This document shows, one piece after another, positions 40,810-47,030 of a DNA stretch of 47,447 bases. Position 1 is the first letter of the stretch; the number at the start of each line of letters is the position of its first letter. This DNA comes from Lishizhenia sp. Its GTDB lineage: Bacteria > Bacteroidota > Bacteroidia > Flavobacteriales_D > Crocinitomicaceae. Below the pieces are notes generated by a model. The model was not told where the DNA came from. It searched no databases and saw only the letters and a list, made by a program, of their open reading frames with translations. The stretch lies in assembly GCA_007117055.1 (NCBI GenBank), contig SKHH01000038.1:1-47447 (forward strand), given 5' to 3'. The position numbers and the translations under genes were made by a program.

Positions 40810-41193
40810 TTACATTTGACCTAATCCAGAACTAGAAAATGGGTGGTCATCATCATATGGGTCAACATCGTAAATGGCTTCACCAAATTCATCATAAGCA
40901 ACTCCATGAATAATCTCATAGCCCTCAGAGGTGAGCCTTGGTCTTACAGAGCCTCTTTCTTCCATTTGACGTGCTTTGTAAGAAGCATTTGCGGGTGAAA
41001 TGCGTGTTGTGTTGTTGCGTTTTTTTGGGTCTACCGTGTTCCAGTATTTATCTTTACATACGGTTTTGGGTTGGCTTTTACAAAAAGCTTGTTGGTAATG
41101 CGTTTTAATGAATTGCGTACCACATGAAGGGCAAATGCAAGTTTCACCTACATTGCTTTTTTTGTTTAACTGGTATCTGGCTTTCATTTTCAT
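40810..41193 (-). CDS. zinc-ribbon protein
   Basis: CICPSCGTQF...FCKSQPKTVCKDKYW Cys pairs. Motif 41199..41233 upstream. Confidence 0.7.
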   Translation of the reverse strand: MKMKARYQLNKKSNVGETCICPSCGTQFIKTHYQQAFCKSQPKTVCKDKYWNTVDPKKRNNTTRISPANASYKARQMEERGSVRPRLTSEGYEIIHGVAYDEFGEAIYDVDPYDDDHPFSSSGLGQM

Positions 41194-41206
41194 GCCTACA
41201 ATGAGT

Positions 41207-41515
41207 TTAAGGTTTGAGTTCGGTGGAATTAAAAATTACAATTCCCAAAATTTTTTCCAACTTCAAACCTAAAGAAAAAGAGAAATCAAATTTTCCTTTC
41301 CTCAAACTCTTTACATCTTCAACAGAAATATCTAGTTGTTCAGCAAGTTCCTCAATGCTTAGTCCTTTTTCTTCCATAGCTATGATAATATCAATAGCAA
41401 TGACACCTAAAAGACGAAACATCTGGCGGTTTTTTTTGCGCTTTCTCATATTCTGAGCCGTCTTGCTGTCATGAGAAACAAGTGCATCAAATTTTTTCCT
41501 AGTTTTCTTGTCCAT
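41207..41515 (-). CDS. XRE-family helix-turn-helix protein
   Basis: MEEKGLSIEELAEQLDISVEDVKSLRKGKFDFSFSLGLKLEKILG. Confidence 0.7.
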   Translation of the reverse strand: MDKKTRKKFDALVSHDSKTAQNMRKRKKNRQMFRLLGVIAIDIIIAMEEKGLSIEELAEQLDISVEDVKSLRKGKFDFSFSLGLKLEKILGIVIFNSTELKP

Positions 41516-41552
41516 ATCTGCTGAAGGCCTCTTTTTTTGTTCGTTACACTAT

Positions 41553-41736
41553 CAATGAGTTGTAAAACATTAAAACGATTTTACAACAATGTATAAGAGT
41601 AATGTAGCTTCACTTGGTTTTACCCATCTTTTGCAGGTTATTAAGGTTGTTTACCATCCGAAAGGGTTATCTCCTCTTTTTACCGCTACACTACTCTTAT
41701 ACTTTGCCGTTGCTGGTTTGAGTTTGGTGGCTTTAG
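41553..41736 (-). promoter_or_regulatory. intergenic motif copy split by a 146-bp insertion
   Basis: Block 2 caatgagttg (41553..41562) and the remainder ctggtttgagtttggtggctttag (41713..41736) equal the intact copy 41994..42028. gttg is repeated at both junctions. Confidence 0.7.
41563..41708 (-). other. 146-bp structured insertion (candidate RNA element or miniature mobile element)
   Basis: 18-bp helix 41591..41608 / 41685..41702 (single mismatch is G.U only on the minus sense). 9-bp hairpin 41559..41587. Confidence 0.45.
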
Positions 41737-41969
41737 GAAAGGGTTTTATCCCACACTTCTTTTGTTTTTTCTAACACCAAAGGTGATGCTCCAAAGTCTT
41801 GCAATGTCTTAATCCAGAACTTTACAGCACGTTTCTTATTAAGCGCACCACCGCCTGTAAATTTGTCCATTGAAATAAATGGCTTGAGAATGATTTCCTC
41901 TTGTTGATTGGTAACGTTTTGAGGAATACCCAAGTCCTTAAGATTAGGTGCTTTTGAATTGAAGTCCAT
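41733..41969 (-). CDS. hypothetical protein
   Basis: ORF track. Intact motif 41994..42028 upstream. Confidence 0.65.
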   Translation of the reverse strand: MDFNSKAPNLKDLGIPQNVTNQQEEIILKPFISMDKFTGGGALNKKRAVKFWIKTLQDFGASPLVLEKTKEVWDKTLS

Positions 41970-41993
41970 TTCTGTATTTGTTTGTTACACTAT

Positions 41994-42028
41994 CAATGAG
42001 TTGCTGGTTTGAGTTTGGTGGCTTTAAT
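41994..42028 (-). promoter_or_regulatory. intergenic motif copy
   Basis: caatgagttgctggtttgagtttggtggctttaat. Confidence 0.65.
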
Positions 42029-42251
42029 AAGCCATGTAACAATAATGAGTTATGCCTTTCTCCGTTTTGTGGTAGTGGCATTTTCCAAGCATTCCATCTG
42101 GAATAAAGTCTTGCATTCTGCTTCTAGCCTTGTCGTCAGCCTCTTGTTGGCTATCAGCTTGAACAATAATATTTAAACGAGCAACAGGTTGACCATCCAA
42201 ATCAAAACTCTTTTTGCTCATGTAGTGACGTACTGTTTCTTTCAATGCCAT
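42024..42251 (-). CDS. hypothetical protein
   Basis: ORF track. Motif 42274..42308 upstream. Confidence 0.65.
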   Translation of the reverse strand: MALKETVRHYMSKKSFDLDGQPVARLNIIVQADSQQEADDKARSRMQDFIPDGMLGKCHYHKTEKGITHYCYMAY

Positions 42252-42273
42252 AGTTGTTTGTTTGCTTCATAGA

Positions 42274-42308
42274 CAATGAGTGCCAAGGGAGAGGTTTGGT
42301 GAATTTAA
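42274..42308 (-). promoter_or_regulatory. intergenic motif copy
   Basis: caatgagtgccaagggagaggtttggtgaatttaa. Confidence 0.65.
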
Positions 42309-42331
42309 GAATCATAAAAAATATGTACAAT

Positions 42332-42363
42332 AAAATCCACCAAACCTGACAAATATACTCATT
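42332..42363 (+). promoter_or_regulatory. intergenic motif copy in antisense (plus) orientation
   Basis: aaaatccaccaaacctgacaaatatactcatt, back to back (23 nt) with 42274..42308. Faces terminator 42405..42440. Confidence 0.55.
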
Positions 42364-42404
42364 ACTTGTGAGAAAATCTATCTTATAGGGAGAGATATAT
42401 TAAC

Positions 42405-42440
42405 AAAAAAAAATGAAACGAACACTTAAGTCCGTTTCAT
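42405..42440 (-). terminator. rho-independent terminator
   Basis: atgaaacg/cgtttcat hairpin at 42413..42440, then T9 on the minus strand. Confidence 0.7.
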
Positions 42441-42457
42441 TTGCTTTACATCTAATT

Positions 42458-43051
42458 TTATGGGTTATTCGGTGCGTTTCCTCCGTACATTTGCGGAATG
42501 TTGTCAGGGTGATTTTCAATCTGTTCAAGCAAAAACTTTGGATTAAAAACACCTTGTCCACAAACTCCACAACTTCTTTCTATTTTAAGTTTCCTGTGGC
42601 TTGGTCTTACACGTTTGCAACACTTACATTCAACTCGGTATTTTGTTTTATATGCCATTACTTTGGTGACATCCAAGTTGACAGATTTTCCACAACGCTC
42701 AGGTCTTGCACCTACTTTTACCGCCCATGCTTTCCATTGCCATGAATGGTCGGTTGTGCCTCGTTGCTCATAATCAAGTGCGTGAGCAATTTCGTGGCGT
42801 ATGGTATCCTCAGCCTCTTTTTGGTCAATTGTAGGTAACAAGTGCAAGCTAAGTTCAATAGTCTTGATATTTCGACTTTTATTAACTTTGCAAGTTCCAA
42901 AAGCAGTTCGCTTTTTGCCCCATACAAAACGCCACCCTTTCGAGGTCAAACCCCATTCGGCTAACAAATCATTAGCAAGTCGCTCTAAAAGATTTTTACG
43001 TTCTTTTGGAGTGATTAAAATGTGGCCATAGTTACCGATTGATTTATCCAT
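42458..43051 (-). CDS. SprT-like zinc metalloprotease with C-terminal zinc ribbon
   Basis: TIRHEIAHALD (HExxH) and CKCCKRV...CGVCGQG. Confidence 0.85.
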   Translation of the reverse strand: MDKSIGNYGHILITPKERKNLLERLANDLLAEWGLTSKGWRFVWGKKRTAFGTCKVNKSRNIKTIELSLHLLPTIDQKEAEDTIRHEIAHALDYEQRGTTDHSWQWKAWAVKVGARPERCGKSVNLDVTKVMAYKTKYRVECKCCKRVRPSHRKLKIERSCGVCGQGVFNPKFLLEQIENHPDNIPQMYGGNAPNNP

Positions 43052-43117
43052 TGTATTGTTTGTTTGTTCTAATTACAATGAGTTCATAAACCCAGTTTAG
43101 TGGATTTTAAATTGAAC

Positions 43118-43423
43118 TTATAATTTTAGAACGTACTTAGCACAACCCCGTTGAATGCCTGCTTTGGTCAAAGATGAAACTCCAAGTGCCCTTGCATCAC
43201 TAAACCCAACACAAGGAATTGAAATGCCAAACGTACAAAAGTGGTTAGGGTTATCAGTATAATACACTTTGCATCCATACACCTCCAACTCTGAATAGTT
43301 GCAACCGTATTGGTATTTTGCAATAGCTTTTAAATGCTTTTTTAAGCCAGAAACACTACCAAAATGTTCTTTAATAGCTTTCTTTAAAGCTGATTTGCTG
43401 AATTTTTTCAACTGAGTACTCAT
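43118..43423 (-). CDS. hypothetical protein
   Basis: ORF track. Motif near 43449. Confidence 0.65.
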   Translation of the reverse strand: MSTQLKKFSKSALKKAIKEHFGSVSGLKKHLKAIAKYQYGCNYSELEVYGCKVYYTDNPNHFCTFGISIPCVGFSDARALGVSSLTKAGIQRGCAKYVLKL

Positions 43424-43479
43424 AATTCCTGAATGTTTGTTCTGAATACAATGAGTTCTAAAATTTGGTTCGGTGGATT

Positions 43480-43653
43480 TTAATCTTCCAAAAACCCTTG
43501 TTGCTCTAATTGTTGGTCAAGTTCTAAGTGCAATGCCTTAAAAGTATTTCCAGAATCAATGCTTAATTTTTCACGAGAAACTTCTGCAGCCAATAAAGCT
43601 TCTTTTAAGCTATTGACCTCTGCTTCTGTTAAAGAGATGGTGTAATTTTTCAT
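43480..43653 (-). CDS. hypothetical 57-aa protein (start corrected)
   Basis: Track start is a TTG in the leader. ATG MKNYTISLTE at 43653. Motif near 43678. Confidence 0.6.
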   Translation of the reverse strand: MKNYTISLTEAEVNSLKEALLAAEVSREKLSIDSGNTFKALHLELDQQLEQQGFLED

Positions 43654-43707
43654 GCCACTATTTGTTTGTTCTGTCAACAATGAGTGTATGATTTTGATTT
43701 AGTGGAT

Positions 43708-43938
43708 TTACTTTCTCCTATTTATTCTCCTTTCTATTTTAGATACAACTACTTTGACTGTTATAAGACTGATTAAGTAACCTAAACACCCAGTGAATAA
43801 CAATACTCCAAAAAATAAAAAACGTTCACTACGACCAAGAAAAACATTAAATATGCCTATGCAACCAATAATAAAAACTACAATTGAAATAAACAAACAA
43901 ATTACCAGAAGATAAAAAGTGATTAGTTTATTTTTCAA
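43708..43938 (-). CDS. membrane protein (2 TM segments), apparent TTG start
   Basis: ORF track. LITFYLLVICLFISIVVFIIGCIGIF and FFGVLLFTGCLGYLISLITVKVV. No in-frame ATG near the 5' end. Confidence 0.5.
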   Translation of the reverse strand: MKNKLITFYLLVICLFISIVVFIIGCIGIFNVFLGRSERFLFFGVLLFTGCLGYLISLITVKVVVSKIERRINRRK

Positions 43939-43945
43939 GGTTGTT

Positions 43946-44194
43946 TTAATTTAGGGAGTATTGGAAAATAGGCACAAAACGCTCCGAAATACGCCAACAC
44001 TTTACGTTCTCGTTTATCTCTATGCGTTCTTTACCTTTTTTGTAAACTTCTGCAATAAGTTCTCCAGGATATAATCCGCTTGGTTTAATGTTAGACAAAC
44101 GATAAAAGGCGTTTTTCTTCAAAAAGACATTCACAGGGAAACCAAAAGCCTCACCATCATTATTAACACATATTGCAATGAATTCTACTGACAT
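43946..44194 (-). CDS. hypothetical protein (start corrected)
   Basis: ATG MSVEFIAICV at 44194. Motif 44216..44248. Confidence 0.6.
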   Translation of the reverse strand: MSVEFIAICVNNDGEAFGFPVNVFLKKNAFYRLSNIKPSGLYPGELIAEVYKKGKERIEINENVKCWRISERFVPIFQYSLN

Positions 44195-44215
44195 ATTCTT
44201 TTCTTTATCTCTACA

Positions 44216-44248
44216 ATGAGTTAAAGGGAGAGGTTTAGTGGATTTAAG
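44216..44248 (-). promoter_or_regulatory. intergenic motif copy
   Basis: caatgagttaaagggagaggtttagtggatttaag. Confidence 0.65.
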
Positions 44249-44271
44249 AAAACATCTTTTTTGTAACACTT

Positions 44272-44302
44272 AAATCCACTAAACTGGACAAATGTACTCA
44301 TT
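44272..44302 (+). promoter_or_regulatory. intergenic motif copy in antisense (plus) orientation
   Basis: aaatccactaaactggacaaatgtactcatt, 23 nt from 44216..44248. Faces terminator 44343..44372. Confidence 0.55.
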
Positions 44303-44342
44303 CTCTTGGGGAAATTGTACCCCATAGGGAGAGAAAGGTTAA

Positions 44343-44372
44343 CAAAAAAAAGAACGGGTTTTTAGCCCGTTC
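44343..44372 (-). terminator. rho-independent terminator
   Basis: gaacggg-tttttag-cccgttc, then T8 on the minus strand. Confidence 0.8.
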
Positions 44373-44399
44373 CTTAAACTTTCTCGCAAAGGGAGAGGA

Positions 44400-45092
44400 T
44401 TACCCCTCAATTGTTATTTCAATCCCTTTAACCCGTATCTTACGCAAATTTGACAACTTTACCGTGCGAAAGTGAAACTCTAATTTTTGAAATTCAGCGT
44501 GGTTGGCAAGTTGGTTAGCATTTGCACGAATTGCCTCGGCTAGGGAGAGGTTGCCTGACGCCTCTGCTTGTGCTGCTGCTTTTAATGCGTGGTTAAAAGC
44601 TGAATTTTGAACCGCTTTTTTGTTTCCTGCAAGCCCTGAAGGGGTAAAGAACTCTAAGGTTCGAGCCTCTTCTCGGCTAATTTCCTGACCTTTGTGGTAG
44701 TAGGTCGTCTGTGGTTTGCTATGGGTTTCCGCTACAAAGACAAGATAAGCGTTGTCTGCATTTTGCTCCGCTCCATCTTTGAAACAAATGGCTCGGTTTT
44801 TATCGTAGTCTGAATAGAAACGCCCAGTCATTTTGTTTGGCGTCCACTCAAATTCAATTCCACACTCCTTCAAAATTCGGTCAATCTTAGCTTTGTATTT
44901 GCTGTGCAAAGTAGCATTCAAGCTAACAAGTTTCTGTAATTTGTGACGCTTTCCGTCAAATTCGTCGTAAGTTTTGTCCTGACGTGAACCTGCCTCGTTG
45001 ACAAAGTAAGTCAAACCTGAAAACGTTGCGCCTTTGTTGTCATTCTGCATGAAATCCAAAAGCTGTTGCATTGTCATTTTTACCTGTTCCAT
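44400..45092 (-). CDS. hypothetical protein, paralogue of 33666..34373 (start corrected)
   Basis: ATG MEQVKMTMQQLLDFMQ at 45092 aligns with MKTTKMTRAKFMEFMQ of the paralogue. Confidence 0.75.
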   Translation of the reverse strand: MEQVKMTMQQLLDFMQNDNKGATFSGLTYFVNEAGSRQDKTYDEFDGKRHKLQKLVSLNATLHSKYKAKIDRILKECGIEFEWTPNKMTGRFYSDYDKNRAICFKDGAEQNADNAYLVFVAETHSKPQTTYYHKGQEISREEARTLEFFTPSGLAGNKKAVQNSAFNHALKAAAQAEASGNLSLAEAIRANANQLANHAEFQKLEFHFRTVKLSNLRKIRVKGIEITIEG

Positions 45093-45132
45093 AATAATTG
45101 GGGTTAAAGGGTTGTTTGTTTGTTCTGAAATC

Positions 45133-45167
45133 AATGAGTTGCCTCTCGGTGTTCGGTGGGTTTTAAC
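45133..45167 (-). promoter_or_regulatory. intergenic motif copy (1 of 3 near-identical)
   Basis: aatgagttgcctctcggtgttcggtgggttttaac. The 48-nt stretch 45133..45180 is identical to 45318..45365. Confidence 0.65.
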
Positions 45168-45173
45168 TTCAAA

Positions 45174-45281
45174 TTATTTTTTTGAATCCTCACTCGAATT
45201 TTGGCTTTTCAGCTTTTCATTTTTCTTTTCCTGCTGAATAAAATCCAAAAATTGTAACTTGCTCATTTTTAAAACTGCCAT
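45174..45281 (-). pseudogene. 35-codon N-terminal fragment duplicated from the 44400..45092 gene family
   Basis: MAVLKMSKLQFLDFIQQEKKNEKLKSQNSSEDSKK*. The first 16 aa align with MEQVKMTMQQLLDFMQ. Confidence 0.4.
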
Positions 45282-45317
45282 GATAACTGGGTTTAAAAGA
45301 TTGTTTATTCTTAACTT

Positions 45318-45352
45318 AATGAGTTGCCTCTCGGTGTTCGGTGGGTTTTAAC
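45318..45352 (-). promoter_or_regulatory. intergenic motif copy (2 of 3)
   Basis: Identical to 45133..45167. Confidence 0.65.
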
Positions 45353-45390
45353 TTCAAATTATTTTCTGTATTTCCACTCTACTTGAACTT

Positions 45391-45425
45391 AATGAGTTGC
45401 CTCTCGGTGTTCGGTGGGTTTTAAC
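45391..45425 (-). promoter_or_regulatory. intergenic motif copy (3 of 3, no ORF before copy 2)
   Basis: Identical core to 45133..45167. Confidence 0.6.
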
Positions 45426-45435
45426 GTTATAAATT

Positions 45436-45472
45436 CACTAAAACTCACTAAACTCTTTTTTGAAACTCATTG
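45436..45472 (+). promoter_or_regulatory. intergenic motif copy, plus orientation (first plus-strand gene)
   Basis: ..actcactaaactcttttttgaaactcattg, 28 nt upstream of ATG 45501. Confidence 0.55.
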
Positions 45473-45500
45473 ATTTCAGAACAAACAATAAAATACAACT

Positions 45501-45818
45501 ATGAACGCAAGTGATGTTTTAGTATTCGAGCCGCAAAATCGTTATCCAATAAAAGGAAACGAAATACAAATTGCAACTACAAATTACAAAGGGGTGCTGA
45601 TTACAGAGAGAACTTTCTTCCCTTGGAACCCGTTTAAAAACATTGTAGTAACCTATATTGTAGATTTAGTGTTGCCTATGGATACTGTTGTTGAAAATGG
45701 TGAAATGGATGATGCTTACTACACAGATGAAGGGTTTGGACTTCCCGTGTTTTCAGAAAAAGGTGGTTGTATTCTTGAAGAAGTCTTAAAGTTTATTGAC
45801 CAATACAAAGGTGGTTAA
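45501..45818 (+). CDS. hypothetical protein
   Basis: ORF track. Motif copies at both ends in plus orientation. Confidence 0.7.
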   Translation: MNASDVLVFEPQNRYPIKGNEIQIATTNYKGVLITERTFFPWNPFKNIVVTYIVDLVLPMDTVVENGEMDDAYYTDEGFGLPVFSEKGGCILEEVLKFIDQYKGG

Positions 45819-45849
45819 TATCCACCAAACCCAAAATTAAAACTCATTG
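45816..45849 (+). promoter_or_regulatory. intergenic motif copy, plus orientation
   Basis: taatatccaccaaacccaaaattaaaactcattg. The TAA of the preceding gene is its first triplet. Confidence 0.65.
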
Positions 45850-45876
45850 ATTTCATAACACAATAACAATCATATC

Positions 45877-46128
45877 ATGTCAGACGTTAAAGTTTCTACC
45901 GCTATTCTTTCTCACTTGTCAGACGTCCAAACTCACTTGGAGTTGGCTCTTAATTCTCAAAACCTGATAACACAACACGTTGCCAGTGAAGAAGCAAGAC
46001 AAAGAATCAACTTTGTGAAGATGCTTATTTTGAAATACCCCGACACTTCAGTTAGCGTTTCTAACGACAAGTTAGATGAAATTCAACGAGAAGTTTTTGA
46101 GCGTTTTCCAAAAAAGGCGGTTTCTTAA
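45877..46128 (+). CDS. hypothetical protein
   Basis: ORF track. Motif-flanked. Confidence 0.7.
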   Translation: MSDVKVSTAILSHLSDVQTHLELALNSQNLITQHVASEEARQRINFVKMLILKYPDTSVSVSNDKLDEIQREVFERFPKKAVS

Positions 46129-46158
46129 AACCACCAAATCAAACCTTAGCACTCATTA
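46126..46158 (+). promoter_or_regulatory. intergenic motif copy, plus orientation
   Basis: taaaaccaccaaatcaaaccttagcactcatta. Confidence 0.6.
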
Positions 46159-46186
46159 ACAGTATAACCAATAAACATTACAAGTT

Positions 46187-46501
46187 ATGTACAAGTCAGA
46201 AAAAACTGCTAAACTGAAAGAATTGCTTGAAGGGTTAACTGATTACTCAAATAAACAACTGATTTTTGATGCCGATGATAAAAGCCATTTAGAAATTTTG
46301 TCAGAGGCGGGTGAGCTTGCGCGTGATTTATCACGAGGTATTTTTGTGCCTGACTTAAATGGAAAAAAAGCCATTGAGTTTGCAAAAGAACTATTGGAAA
46401 AAGGCGAAAAAATCCAAGCCGTTTATGTCATTAAAAGAGAGTTGGGGATGGGTTTAAGAGAAGCAAAAGAATTTGTGGATAACGGTTTTAAGGTTTCTTA
46501 A
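46187..46501 (+). CDS. hypothetical protein with a ribosomal L7/L12 C-terminal-like segment (tentative)
   Basis: EKGEKIQAVYVIKRELGMGLREAKEFVDNG compares with the L7/L12 pattern K.avIKavRe.tGlgLkEAKdlVe. Confidence 0.65.
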   Translation: MYKSEKTAKLKELLEGLTDYSNKQLIFDADDKSHLEILSEAGELARDLSRGIFVPDLNGKKAIEFAKELLEKGEKIQAVYVIKRELGMGLREAKEFVDNGFKVS

Positions 46502-46531
46502 AATCACCAAACCAAACCTTAGCACTCATTA
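46499..46531 (+). promoter_or_regulatory. intergenic motif copy, plus orientation (last copy in window)
   Basis: taaaatcaccaaaccaaaccttagcactcatta. Confidence 0.6.
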
Positions 46532-46556
46532 ACAGTATAACACAACATCATTGAGC

Positions 46557-46682
46557 ATGGAGAATATTAAAGTCCTCAAGCAAGAAGCGAAAATCCTTTT
46601 GGAAAAAGGCGATGTAAACGGTCATATCGCCAAATTGATTGAAATTGACCAAGCCCAACAACGAATGTCAAGTGTAGCCTAA
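46557..46682 (+). CDS. 41-aa protein (not in ORF track)
   Basis: Hand translation MENIKVLKQEAKILLEKGDVNGHIAKLIEIDQAQQRMSSVA*, 26 nt after motif 46499..46531. Confidence 0.45.
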   Translation: MENIKVLKQEAKILLEKGDVNGHIAKLIEIDQAQQRMSSVA

Positions 46683-46994
46683 TTTAAGCCCCTAAATAGC
46701 CCCTATGGACGTTGGGTGTTAATTAGCTCACACAACTGCCTATGGGGCTTTAAGGGCCTAAATAGACCCTTAAATAAGCGTATCAATAATAAGGCGCTAA
46801 AAAGGAAGTTGCTCTAGGGACCCCCCCGACCCCATCAAAATATTTTTCTCATATTTTTCACATCTTTTTCTGACCCCTTGATTTATTATCAGTGTGACTT
46901 CTTTTTGTTTCACATATCATTTGCATCACATTATAATATGATTTAGGCCCCACCCCCAAAGTTTTTTAGAGCGTGTAATTTAGGTTTTTGAAAA

Positions 46995-47030
46995 TTTTTT
47001 TTCTGGTCAAATTTCTGATGTTTTTTTGAC
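46995..47030 (+). terminator. terminator-like hairpin (plus strand)
   Basis: ggtcaaa/tttgacc stem followed by ttttatttg. Confidence 0.35.

Noticed and set aside
941-46531. Could the regularly recurring 35-nt element be a CRISPR array, an integron attC series or MITE copies?
   Set aside because: The spacing equals gene lengths (about 100-1000 bp, highly variable), and copies are degenerate rather than identical. The element is not palindromic. It is strictly co-oriented with coding sequence and fused to stop and start codons. No cas, integrase or transposase gene is visible in the window.
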